Assembly (NCBI GenBank): GCA_000002435.2 | Contig: CM018793.1 | Origin: Giardia intestinalis | Lineage: Eukaryota | Strand: one strand, 5' to 3' | Length of the DNA: 64,000 nucleotides | In this document: positions 31,201-38,615 of the stretch, in pieces | Layout of the letters: each line of letters starts with the position of its first letter | Numbering within the stretch: position 1 is the first letter of the stretch | Position numbers and translations under genes: made by a program | Notes under the pieces: generated by a model | Database searches by the model: none | What the model was told of the DNA's origin: nothing | Seen by the model: only the letters and a program-made list of their open reading frames with translations

Positions 31201-34200
31201 TGTCTTCATTAGTCTCCAAGGAACCAGGATCAATATTCTGAATGGCTATGTCCAAAAGATCTTCTGGCTTGCTCTGATCAGGAACGTTGCAGACATAGTA
31301 TCGAAGCTGCGACATCCACTCGAAGTCCGACGTGCGCGTGATCTTCGCCTTAACGAGGTTAGCGACTGTGTCTCTGTTGTGAACGTCGAGGGTTAGAAGA
31401 GCTGCTAAAGTCTTTGCCTCAAGCTTCGTGAGTCCCTGCCTCACAAGGTCTGTCAGAGACGAAAGTTGCTCCTCTTGCCGAGCATAGAATTCTTCTATTC
31501 TCCCTTCTACAATAGCTGTTTCTGTGTCTGAGCAGAAGAAGAGCTGGCTTGCAGCCAGTACGCCCTGGGCAAAGAAACGGCGCACCCACTGAGAGCGGCC
31601 CTTGATTCCGTCACTGACCCACGCGACTTGATACGCCAAGATAGACTCAAAAATGCGCTGGCGAACGGTCCGAATCATCATCTTCTCGAGATTGCCCATC
31701 CAAACCTCAACAGACCCCTTCGGATAAAGAGGCTCGGAAAACTCAACCCACTCACCTTCGTGAGAGAACATCCCGCTCATCTGGTAATCCTGCTCCTCTG
31801 GGGCAAACTTGACCCGGTTGATATTTTCGAAGCAAGACCTGAAGTAAGGTTGTACGCAGTTCGGATCTCTTGTCTGAGATAAGATGGATAGGAGCTCTGC
31901 ATCGGACAGAAAGTAGAATCGGGGAAATGCTTGCCTTTTCGCCTCAAGATAGTCTGAAAGACCCTTCTGAACCGTATCAAGGATCTTATTGGACTCTCGA
32001 AGCTTGGGGAGGAGCTTATCTGTATTGAGGCATATCTCCAGCACATTGGGTGTCTTGTACGTATTCCCCATAAGCTTTCGCCACACAGCATCCACCGACC
32101 GAAAGTTCTTGCTTTCTGCGGGGAGCTGACGTGAGATATCTGGTGAGGAGAAGACAGGCTCAAGATAGAGCCACTGTTGCTGGACCTGGAGCCATACCTC
32201 TATAATTTCAGAAACCAAAGAAAGCTTGCGTTCCCAGGACGCGATCTGCTCCTCGAAGTATTTCTTGAAAGGAGAGAAGCCCATAGTCTGAACAAGTGTG
32301 ATGTTATCGTCCAATTTCTGAATGATATCATCAAGAGAGCGTAGAACATATGTATTGGTATTAGCGTACTCCAGTAGGTCAAACTCTACATCGGCCCATT
32401 CCGCCTGGATGTTTTTAAGAACCTGTTCAATCGCAAACTCCTTTGAGGCGACTTCAGAGACTTTTTGGATGATGTGCAGCTTTGATGGTTCGTTCAACCC
32501 GTGCACCTCGATGGCCTGTCTGAACGTATACTCGACAGGTCGCGAGTTTAGCTCAGCAAGCTGTTCTGCAGTGTACTCTGCATAGTCTGTTTCAGAGTCT
32601 ACGTCGTCATTCACGGCTTCCCCATTCGCCTCTGCAGCTTCGTTACTGGACCCACGCTGGAGCGTCGCATCTTTGACCTCGATGCCATTAATGTAACGCA
32701 GACATGATAGGTCGATGTTTATTTCTCGAGAAATGCGGTACCAGTGCCTTTTGCGCATTCCAGGGTTCCGCAGTGCAACGAGCAGTGGCATGTAGAGCTT
32801 GAAGTCCGCTATCTGTGTCTTCACCGTCTCTGCGATCTCCTTGGTATTCCCCGCATTATCTTTCAAGGAGCGAATACACTTTGCAATATTCCTGTATGCC
32901 TGGTCTACGTTGCGCTCTGTGACACTCGCGTCAATGACTTTGAAGTCGTTCTCCATGACCTCTGTGTACGTGGTGTTATAATCTAAGATAGTCTTCCAAA
33001 GGATGTTTAGAGGCTCGAAATCCCTAATGACCTGCTCAAGTCGTGTGTAGTCTGTCATCGGCAGGTCCATAATGATTTCACGTTTGTTAAAGAGCTTCGC
33101 CTTTTCTTGAAGACGGTTAAGCTGCCTGAAGATCTGCTCAGCGTCCTCTGCAGCAGCCACATAATCGGTGACGCTTGTGTACTTGAGTGGAAACGAAGTC
33201 ACCTGCCGAGTGCAGTTTTCTAGCGACTTTTCCAGGCTCTGCTGTTGCTGGTTCTGCTCATCCTTGAACTTCTCGCGATCCAGAGATAGCACCTCCATAG
33301 TCTTTGTGACCAAGTTGCGAATTTCCAACGGATATGACATGGTCTTGTATCGTTGTTGGACGACCTGGTTTGTCTGTCCGACAAAGAGATCATCGAGGAT
33401 AGAGTAGTAGTCAAGCATAATACCGATGTTGGCTTTCATGGAACTAATAATGCCATCTATCTTCCCTTTGATAAACTCCTCCGTGACAGAGACCTCTTCG
33501 ATGTTTTTGTTCTTACGGTTAATCTTTTTATTAATTGCAAAGTAGGTCTGAGAGATCATGTTCGACTTCTTACCAGCTATCTCAGAGATGATCTCCTGGG
33601 TCAGCTCGGCCAGTCTGAGACACTTGTTCGAAAGGAAGTTACGGACATTACCGTTTCGCACGACAAACAGGCCGACATGTACCGATTCTGGGATGCTCAA
33701 GAGAATATCTTTTTGTCGTGCTAGCTGGTCGTTAACAAGAGACCGCAGATCTGCAGGAGAGAGCGGCGTAGCGTTCTGAATGGCAGTCTGCATTGTCATG
33801 GGAAGACTACTAAACCCTTCAATTTCCGAGGTATCGCTGGTGGTACCTTCGTCCTTCTTAGCATCTGCCCCCATCTTCAGGTAGAGCTCTGCACGAAACT
33901 TTACAGTACTAGCCCATTTCTCTTCATCTAGTAGAATAAGCTCTGTATACCTGCTGAAGCAACGCAGATATTCAGTGAGCGGCTGAATTGCCGTCTCCAT
34001 ATACTCAACTAACTCTGTCCGGTAATTGACATAGAGCTCTTCCTGGACAGAAGGGCTGGCTATGTGAGTCCTGTCAGCCCATATAATGTTCTGGATAACA
34101 AGGGGCTCGATCTCCCCAACGCCAGAAACGGTGGTGAGCCCCGTCTCAAAGACTTGAAGGACAACCGAGATAAAGTCTTCCGGTTTGGTCATGTATGCGA

Positions 34201-36877
34201 TAGTCTTGACAGTGTCTGGGAGCGGGACCTCTGGGGCGACATCCTGGACACCTGCCTTTACTGATGAGCCTGGCCTTGTCGTTGCTCGACGAGACTTGCG
34301 AGAGCCCTTCTCAGTTGTGGGTCTATCGGAAGCCTTCTCAGCAGATTGCTTGGAGGCATCCCCTGTCTTCTGCGCTGTGTCATCCTTTTCATTGTCATCA
34401 CCGTCATCATCGGGTATAACGTCTGCGTTACCGTCGTCCTTGCCATCATCGTCGAAGTCAACTACCTCCTCATCGGCAAGAGCCGTAACGCCGTATATGT
34501 ACTCGCTGTTAAGCTTAGTCAGAATAACCTTATCTTCGTTGGAAGTTATCCCGTCCAGGACACTAACTGCTATAGAGAATAGAGGTTGGCGATAACACGT
34601 GAGGTATATACTTTTCTGCGTTTCTAAGGCCTTTGCAGATGATCCCGCTGCACTCAACGGAAGGGCAAGAGGGCTCAAAGAGTCTACTTCATGATCTTTC
34701 TCCTGCTCATCCAAGAGAGCCGCATCTGCACCCCGATGGCTTATGTGACTCCTCCCCAAAAGGGCGTTATCTCTATGGTAAGAGCGGACGTCGCTTGTTG
34801 AGAAGGATTTGACCTTCCACATGGCGCCGGCACGGAACATCGCGACGTACTGCTTGCAGGAGAATTCGCAGAGATACCGGATCGTGTCTGCCATTGTTAT
34901 TGTTATCCTGCGGAAAATACGCTTCAGTTTAGAGCTCTCATAAACATCTTTAGACTTAACAGAGATGTCGTACCACCCTTTGCCACACTTCTGTAATGCG
35001 TCAATGATCCCATGCTTGAGGTTTCCAGTCCATGTCTCTTCCAGGTACTGCTTGAGGTGCCTTGCGTGTGTATTCTGGGTCACACGGAAATCATCAAGGG
35101 TATACGTTTTAACCGCAAGGGGGAGGGTTGCAGAACCAGTCTCCGATATGATTGCGTAGAGATTCTGGTTGTACTTTACATCATCGTAGCGAAGACTCGG
35201 AAAGTCTTCATAGTTGCCAAACAGTGAGTTGGCTTGGACGGTAAAGTCTGTAATGGAATACGAAAGAATCTTATCTACCTCGTAGTTGAGACACTGAAGG
35301 GCCTTGATAGCCTCTGGGCTGGTCAAAAAAGAGTTAAAAGAGATGACGTCACGAGCTTGCGTAAAACGCTTTTTAAGGTATTTTCCAATATTATAGCAGA
35401 CCGCAGTGTCGGTTATAGTGTCGTCAGTTAAATTAGCCGTGAAGGCTTCTTGGTTGCACGGAGAAACTAGCTGGCGGTATATCCCCATTGCCTTCTCTAT
35501 ATTGTTATACTTATATATTTTTTCGTACTGAATATAGTCGACAGCGTGTTCTAGGTTGAGCTCACTCATGAGACTTGGCTGCCGCTGTAAGCTTAGGTCA
35601 AACAGCACTCTGTTCTGGCTGGTATAGAAGCTCCGCACGACATCACTGGTTAACGACTCAAAGACGGCTTCGACTGTTCTGTCTTTCAGCTTTTCCACTA
35701 TAGATGACTCGAGCGTGAGGACTGTTCGCTTGGTAAAGAAGGGAATAGACCGGCGCTGGATGCTGAACTTGAGGGCATCAGAGAATTCAAACAGCCCGCT
35801 CACGGGCATAGAATTGATGAAGAGATCGTACTTCAACAGTGACTCTGTCTGGTCCCGGAGGAAGATGGCTTGACGGAGCCGCTCAACATAGATCCTGGGA
35901 TCTTCCCCCCAGAAGTGAACGTAGAGTCGAGGAACCCAAATGCGCTTTGCCACATTACTTCTGAGGACGCAAAGAAGTCTGTCGTCGAAGGGTTCATTGT
36001 CGGCAGGCTTCTTTTGTCCGATGACAACTACTCGCTCCCACTGGCCATTGATGAACGCTTGTCCATAAAGCCCTTTGACCGTACGAGACCGGCCAGAGGC
36101 CATATCAACCAAGGAATAAGCTTTAGAAACAGTCCACCACGCAGCCATAGTACGGACGTCGAATTCAGTGTCGTCGAACAGCTCCAGTGGGATGTGCATT
36201 TCATTGTCTGCGGCGCTTGGATCCACGGCAGGGCTGCCTGACACACGGGCCGCCTCCTCATACAACTCAGTAACACTCTGGAATAGTTCAAGCGTGTTTA
36301 CCGACGCTAGCTCTCTCCGCTTACGTTCGAGGGCTATGGATCTGGGAAGAGAACCAGGAACGGTTTTGAAAGGAACGCGAATAACAGGATCTGCCATGAA
36401 ATGTAGTATTTCAGACGTCATGTCGGATGTCGCTTCGACATTTTGAACGGTTTGCGTCATTGTAATACTCTTCGCAGTGCCACCAGAAATTACCCCTGCA
36501 GTAGTCTGATGGTTGATAACTGTGGTTGGCGCAGCGGAATTGATTGATGGAGCAACAGTCCGGAGCTTGCGCGTGGTGAAGGGCTTAGATGCAGTGTCAG
36601 CGACGTCTGTGATCTGCTGATCATGTGCAAGAGTTGAGCCACGGGAGCTGGCCCGAATATCTCGAAACGGGGATCTCTGTTCCATCGGAGCTCCCGTGGC
36701 TATACTAACGGCACTGCCTGCTGAAGGACGAGAGAACACCCCAATGCTGTTTGCTTGGATCGGTGACTTTGCACGAATGGCTCTATCTGGTATAGCAGAC
36801 TCTCCCAAGCGGTTGGGTCCCTGAGCTTCTGCGTACCTCTGTGGATCCATCGAAGGATCGGGCCCAGAAGCACTCAT
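22244..36877 (-). CDS. Dynein heavy chain (axonemal type), ~4,877 aa.
   Basis: Single uninterrupted ORF. AAA1 P-loop GPAGTGKTET, AAA2 GQTSSGKT, AAA3 GQTGTGKTS, AAA4 GLGGSGRSSLARLS. Stalk coiled coils and a C-terminal domain follow. Track start 36883 is TTG; the first ATG is at 36877 (MSASGPDPS...), preceded by caaaaagtctgcaagttaatttttggcc. Confidence 0.9.
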   Translation of the reverse strand: MSASGPDPSMDPQRYAEAQGPNRLGESAIPDRAIRAKSPIQANSIGVFSRPSAGSAVSIATGAPMEQRSPFRDIRASSRGSTLAHDQQITDVADTASKPFTTRKLRTVAPSINSAAPTTVINHQTTAGVISGGTAKSITMTQTVQNVEATSDMTSEILHFMADPVIRVPFKTVPGSLPRSIALERKRRELASVNTLELFQSVTELYEEAARVSGSPAVDPSAADNEMHIPLELFDDTEFDVRTMAAWWTVSKAYSLVDMASGRSRTVKGLYGQAFINGQWERVVVIGQKKPADNEPFDDRLLCVLRSNVAKRIWVPRLYVHFWGEDPRIYVERLRQAIFLRDQTESLLKYDLFINSMPVSGLFEFSDALKFSIQRRSIPFFTKRTVLTLESSIVEKLKDRTVEAVFESLTSDVVRSFYTSQNRVLFDLSLQRQPSLMSELNLEHAVDYIQYEKIYKYNNIEKAMGIYRQLVSPCNQEAFTANLTDDTITDTAVCYNIGKYLKKRFTQARDVISFNSFLTSPEAIKALQCLNYEVDKILSYSITDFTVQANSLFGNYEDFPSLRYDDVKYNQNLYAIISETGSATLPLAVKTYTLDDFRVTQNTHARHLKQYLEETWTGNLKHGIIDALQKCGKGWYDISVKSKDVYESSKLKRIFRRITITMADTIRYLCEFSCKQYVAMFRAGAMWKVKSFSTSDVRSYHRDNALLGRSHISHRGADAALLDEQEKDHEVDSLSPLALPLSAAGSSAKALETQKSIYLTCYRQPLFSIAVSVLDGITSNEDKVILTKLNSEYIYGVTALADEEVVDFDDDGKDDGNADVIPDDDGDDNEKDDTAQKTGDASKQSAEKASDRPTTEKGSRKSRRATTRPGSSVKAGVQDVAPEVPLPDTVKTIAYMTKPEDFISVVLQVFETGLTTVSGVGEIEPLVIQNIIWADRTHIASPSVQEELYVNYRTELVEYMETAIQPLTEYLRCFSRYTELILLDEEKWASTVKFRAELYLKMGADAKKDEGTTSDTSEIEGFSSLPMTMQTAIQNATPLSPADLRSLVNDQLARQKDILLSIPESVHVGLFVVRNGNVRNFLSNKCLRLAELTQEIISEIAGKKSNMISQTYFAINKKINRKNKNIEEVSVTEEFIKGKIDGIISSMKANIGIMLDYYSILDDLFVGQTNQVVQQRYKTMSYPLEIRNLVTKTMEVLSLDREKFKDEQNQQQQSLEKSLENCTRQVTSFPLKYTSVTDYVAAAEDAEQIFRQLNRLQEKAKLFNKREIIMDLPMTDYTRLEQVIRDFEPLNILWKTILDYNTTYTEVMENDFKVIDASVTERNVDQAYRNIAKCIRSLKDNAGNTKEIAETVKTQIADFKLYMPLLVALRNPGMRKRHWYRISREINIDLSCLRYINGIEVKDATLQRGSSNEAAEANGEAVNDDVDSETDYAEYTAEQLAELNSRPVEYTFRQAIEVHGLNEPSKLHIIQKVSEVASKEFAIEQVLKNIQAEWADVEFDLLEYANTNTYVLRSLDDIIQKLDDNITLVQTMGFSPFKKYFEEQIASWERKLSLVSEIIEVWLQVQQQWLYLEPVFSSPDISRQLPAESKNFRSVDAVWRKLMGNTYKTPNVLEICLNTDKLLPKLRESNKILDTVQKGLSDYLEAKRQAFPRFYFLSDAELLSILSQTRDPNCVQPYFRSCFENINRVKFAPEEQDYQMSGMFSHEGEWVEFSEPLYPKGSVEVWMGNLEKMMIRTVRQRIFESILAYQVAWVSDGIKGRSQWVRRFFAQGVLAASQLFFCSDTETAIVEGRIEEFYARQEEQLSSLTDLVRQGLTKLEAKTLAALLTLDVHNRDTVANLVKAKITRTSDFEWMSQLRYYVCNVPDQSKPEDLLDIAIQNIDPGSLETNEDTGVIQVQSAARTYFTKTNNQIDMHIRQVQTTYPYGFEYLGNTSRLVITPLTDRIYITLTSALSNYLGGAPAGPAGTGKTESTKDLAKALAQPVIVFNCSEGLDYKAMGKFFTGLAMSGAWSCFDEFNRIDIEVLSVIAQQILTIQRAIINRQERFLFEGREISLKPTCAVFITMNPGYAGRVELPDNLKALFRSVSCMVPDYSLIAEIRLYSFGYKNAKILARKTTASFKLSSEQLSSQDHYDFGMRALNTTLQAAGNMIREYTSNGKLTVTEEQILLRAIKEVNVPKFLSNDVILFGNIVKDMFPGTESPHVDFTKLIESITYVLRSNQMGYMQIEESFINKVIEVYQTVLLRHGLMTVGQTSSGKTVALEALALALNKLNQEEYDARLAHFNKLLRSNPGMTLAEADKEIPEDYTFMKAVIHRINPKSITMGQLYGEFDLVSHEWSDGILADLIRKSVAAYNAHTTYIEQSMYLQNDGVTDKNILTISQVNGPAFVRKFDHVRQWLHICGPIDALWIESMNTVLDDNKKLCLTSGEIIALTNVISLVFEVEDLAEASPATVSRAGMIFFNGLDTVSSSAYVDTWIDRLPDDLRVVGTNAARGKSANADSSRGTSMKSRLGVTERYSDVAKRFKELFVSHLNDSLDFVAKNTQSMIKSCPQNLIHATTKILDCFIREFKPNEFNVIEEQKIDTLNTYLEVFFFFALAWGVGSNIATEDDRKRFDNWLRARINEGGYLADFPLPEKDPQTGHPTTIYDYCFVYPPIDAKVTMDDNEEGENQPRWVPWMQTIPEFSIDSLGTGPNKTVEFQDIFIPTADTVRSSYLVRKLLLNGFPVLAVGQTGTGKTSVIKNYLLRGPASDMTTNIPIFLNFSARTGANQTQDFIDGKMEKRRKGVYGPVAGKKFVLFIDDLNLPNKEKYGAIPVIELIRQMVDHGGWYDRDELFFKQIIDTYLITAMGPPGGGRQTITNRMQRHLNFLVFPEMNDNGLKGIFSTIVKWWSGRSFTTASAADLADEVKKRCQILVDASLSVYNSARAELLPTPEKSHYVFNLRDLSKVFQGILMIDPLSVVAKLSNDGSTVPYSIADVEKNLIRLWIHENMRVYYDRLVDDHDRHWFEKLLTKQTSNFFNRDLDKDVLEGKHPDTLLFGNFANPQQAIRPYKEITDIPALSHVLSDTLNDYNDQNSKQMNLVMFRDAISHLSRISRILRQPGGNCLLIGLGGSGRSSLARLSAFLAEYDLHTIELRKNYGIPEWRDDLKKILMTAGVDNKQIVFLFTDSMIVNEAMVEDINAILNTADIQNLYDLNDMETIFAAVRPLCMEKGLQPTKIALFDAYLTRVKANIHLVLTFSPSAALRTRLRNFPSLVNCCTLDWFTGWPDEALIDVGRSVYNYALIEQGVTCFPDSPQSEFLNAYLDEQSGMELDETKRKEKKTLLQNSIIKLCMRFHISIETWSKRYKEESGRLNHITPTLYLTLLSTFARVLQAQYNKVNEYKMQLKSGLHKLLDTQTMVAKMQEDLIALQPVLERTQTEVEAMMVDLDKDKTEADKTRQVVAKEKQIAAAKRDECEAIKNDAERDLAEAIPALEAALEALKSLKVSDLSEIGHYTSPPYGVKLVLEAVCQFFGVKGNRVQDKDKPGQFIEDYWDPSKKLLSDPRGLLDKLMNYDRDNIKPDIIKKIQKYIVDPEFVPKEIEKKSKAAMAMCSWVHAMNKYYHVAKQVEPKRQKLAEAEGELTIVQQNLDKLVDELNTVENKIAQLEAQFSAAVEKKEDLTRQVEETGLKLERAEKLISGLGGEKDRWTQAMADMDKKLSSILGDCLFSAGCIVYLGAFTSQFRTKIAQSWIKFIDELNIPRSTGEHLNLKEILSDEVEIQHFHVNGLPSDNHSIENALFMYNSDKYPLLIDPQGQGMKFVRNMEKDNSLTVCKASDKDLLRTMENALRFGKPVMIVNLLEEIDPALDGILQKQVYKDGNTVVIKLGDQIIPYNPNFRVYLVTSLPNPKYSPENAVKVLTLNFAINESGLEEQLLATVVNRERQDLESMKSQLVISNSRMRQELKSLEATILRLLSESTGDILSDETLIETLSQSQKTSQEIATKVAESEKTEKEIDVTRELYRPVATRASILYFCCCDMANIDSMYQYSLQWYVSLFVQAIADAEQADELSVRLENLIDHFTYYLYTTICRSLFEVHKLLFAVLVAIRIKHHAGDLNTNELRYLLIGSASATAPKPNPCPEWLSERSWINICDLDNVSGTFKGFSNTFANKENQAIWRRMFESSQPETLPIPQPYQDALTPFQRFLPLMCIRPDKIIAYSRIYIEQELGPRFNEPQLFNLELSFKDSNNVTPLLFILSSGSDPMADLFRFADEMRMSRKMQSISLGQGQGAIASQLITQGIERGSWIILMNCHLAVSWMPELDKIIEQLSSDPSNIHRDFRLWLTSMPSEQFPVSILQNSVKMTNEAALGMRNNVLRTYSNLNDKILNETIQSGDPTKIQIFKKLTFSMSVFHAVTQERRKFGPLGYNISYDFTSGDLDMCFKQLGLFIDSYTSVPYNVLQFLFGKINYCGRVTDYNDERCLTTILNDYLSDEALVEGYDFSRMNDTEIVSIKQLPDNLNYKDYLECIREQIPNDPRPEIFGLHMNAAITCDNQAVQAMLNDLIKLQPKDNKDTKDGDAEDSSQNSTGNDKNVLLLDQAQGLLDRCPDLFDVEAVSLKYPTRYEESFNTVLVQECMRYNKLLINIKKSLQDLQKAIRGFSVMNAELEELADNLSNNKTPALWLKYSYPCLKPLASYYIDLLDRISFINVWIEKGIPICFWISGFFFTQGFLTGCLQNFARKYVIAIDKLIFRFTISNVMVNTTNFLNEGPELNTRVEALHRSNTDGCYVYGLYMEGARWCMETSTIQESYSRELYSRMPVIHFLPDEQGKDVDPEVARRIYRCPAYRTLARAGVLSTTGHSTNFIMPVDLPIQADESAKWTKRGVALFAALNQ

Positions 36878-36914
36878 GGCCAAAAATTAACTTGCAGACT
36901 TTTTGATTTCGGGA

Positions 36915-36921
36915 ATTTACT
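36915..36921 (-). terminator. Polyadenylation signal AGTAAAT, 3-9 nt after the stop of beta-tubulin copy 1.
   Basis: Minus strand reads TGAGCGAGTAAATTCCCG. Confidence 0.5.
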
Positions 36922-36924
36922 CGC

Positions 36925-38268
36925 TCAAGCGTACTCGTCGCCGAAGTCCTCCTCCTCCTCGAACTCCTCGCCCTCGTCGACGCCGGCCTCCTGGTACTGC
37001 TGGTACTCGGAGACGAGGTCGTTCATGTTCGACTCGGCCTCTGTGAACTCCATCTCGTCCATCCCCTCGCCCGTGTACCAGTGGAGGAAGGCCTTGCGGC
37101 GGAACATCGCCGTGAACTGCTCGCCGACGCGCTTGAAGAGCTCCTGGATGCACGTGGAGTTTCCGATGAAGGTCGCGGCCATCTTGAGCCCGCGCGGCGG
37201 GATGTCGCAGACGCTGACCTTCATGTTGTTCGGGATCCACTCGACGAAGTACGAGGAGTTCTTGTTCTGGATGTTGAGCATCTGCTCGTCGACCTCCTTC
37301 GTGGACATGCGCCCGCGGAACATGGCGGCGGCGGTCAGGTAGCGGCCGTGGCGCGGGTCGGACGCGGCCATCATGTTCTTGTTGTCGAACATCTGGGAGA
37401 CGAGCTCGGGGACCGTGAGGGCGCGGTAGATCTGGGAGCCGCGGCTCGTCAGGGGCGCGAAGCCGACGAGGAAGAAGTGGAGGCGCGGGAACGGGATCAG
37501 GTTGACCGCGAGCTTGCGGAGGTCGGCGTTGAGCTGGCCGGGGAAGCGGAGGCAGCTCGTGCAGCCGGACATGACGAGCGAGACGAGGTGGTTGAGGTCT
37601 CCGTAGGTGGGGCACGTGAGCTTGAGCGTGCGGAAGCAGATGTCGTAGAGGGCCTCGTTGTCGATGCAGAAGACCTCGTCGGCGTGCTCGACGAGCTGGT
37701 GGACCGAGAGGGTCGCGTTGTACGGCTCAACGACCGTGTCCGAGACCTTCGGGGACGGGACGACGGAGAACGTGCACATCATGCGGTCGGGGTACTCCTC
37801 GCGGATCTTCGCGATGAGGAGCGTGCCCATCCCGGCGCCCGTGCCGCCCCCCAGGGAGTGGCAGATCTGGAAGCCCTGGAGGCAGTCGCACGCCTCGGAC
37901 TCCTTGCGGACGACGTCGAGGACGGCGTCGACGAGCTCGGCGCCCTCCGTGTAGTGGCCCTTCGCCCAGTTGTTCCCGGCGCCGGACTGGCCGAAGACGA
38001 AGTTGTCGGGGCGGAAGATCTGCCCGAAGGGGCCTGCGCGGACAGAGTCCATCGTGCCCGGCTCGAGGTCCACGAGGATGGCGCGGGGGACGTACCTGCC
38101 GCCCGCCGCCTCGTTGAAGTAGACGTTGATCCTCTCGATCTGGAGCTCCGAGTCCCCGCGGTACTCGCCGCTCGGGTCGACGCCGTGCTCGTCGGAGATG
38201 ACCTCCCAGAACTTCGCGCCGATCTGGTTGCCGCACTGGCCTGCCTGGATGTGGACGATCTCACGCAT
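36925..38268 (-). CDS. Beta-tubulin (copy 1 of 3).
   Basis: 447 aa [23 protein letters not shown]...[12 protein letters not shown]...EEDFGDEYA, canonical beta-tubulin throughout. The track's longer start (38289) is TTG; the real ATG is at 38268 after AATTTAAAA. High GC and strong codon bias. Confidence 0.95.
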   Translation of the reverse strand: MREIVHIQAGQCGNQIGAKFWEVISDEHGVDPSGEYRGDSELQIERINVYFNEAAGGRYVPRAILVDLEPGTMDSVRAGPFGQIFRPDNFVFGQSGAGNNWAKGHYTEGAELVDAVLDVVRKESEACDCLQGFQICHSLGGGTGAGMGTLLIAKIREEYPDRMMCTFSVVPSPKVSDTVVEPYNATLSVHQLVEHADEVFCIDNEALYDICFRTLKLTCPTYGDLNHLVSLVMSGCTSCLRFPGQLNADLRKLAVNLIPFPRLHFFLVGFAPLTSRGSQIYRALTVPELVSQMFDNKNMMAASDPRHGRYLTAAAMFRGRMSTKEVDEQMLNIQNKNSSYFVEWIPNNMKVSVCDIPPRGLKMAATFIGNSTCIQELFKRVGEQFTAMFRRKAFLHWYTGEGMDEMEFTEAESNMNDLVSEYQQYQEAGVDEGEEFEEEEDFGDEYA

Positions 38269-38608
38269 TTTTAAATTTTGGCAGTCCAAAAAATTCCCAA
38301 GGAATATTAAATTGAATTCTAATATGCTTCGTAATTTTCAATCTTCAGTGTAGTGTATTCGACAACAAACTAAAGGCCCGCAACACACTGCATGCCAAAT
38401 TTCAGCGACCATTATTTGACCATCGTACTTGCATGCCTGGGTCATCGCACTACTTAATGGTCTTCAACTTGTATTCTGCCACCCGTCCAATAGATTGAGA
38501 TAGGTCTTAGCTTAAGTCTAGAACTACTCATAAGGGCGGCCCACTTCAGGATCCCTGCTTTGTCTACCTAGCCCTAATCACAAGTCCAGAGAAGCATACT
38601 CAGTCACA

Positions 38609-38615
38609 GTTTACT
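38609..38615 (-). terminator. Polyadenylation signal AGTAAAC overlapping the lysyl-tRNA synthetase stop codon.
   Basis: Minus strand reads ...GAG TAA ACT..., so stop and AGTAAAC are fused. Confidence 0.45.

Larger units (their letters stand above)
36913..38276. repeat. Duplicated beta-tubulin unit, copy 1 (CDS plus ~12 bp 3' and ~8 bp 5' flank shared with copies 2 and 3).
   Basis: Identical overlapping ORFs at 36917..37615 and 58214..58912. The CDS differs from copy 2 only at synonymous sites (codon 4 ATC vs ATT; last codon GCT vs GCC). Confidence 0.85.

Noticed and set aside
22329-36446. Dozens of 60-216-aa ORFs on the plus strand inside the dynein gene (for example 28061..28711, 29771..30274, 24078..24671).
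   Set aside because: They are fully contained in a 14.6-kb coding ORF with dynein motifs throughout and have no independent support.
37081-38274. Long antisense ORFs across all three tubulin copies (for example 37081..38274 +, 58129..59571 +, 62853..63779 -, and the P/R/S/T-rich ORFs 37727..38236, 59024..59533, 62891..63400).
   Set aside because: These are artefacts of the very high GC and third-position bias of the tubulin genes. The sense frame encodes a perfect beta-tubulin, and the antisense products are low-complexity R/A/G/P strings that start at GTG.
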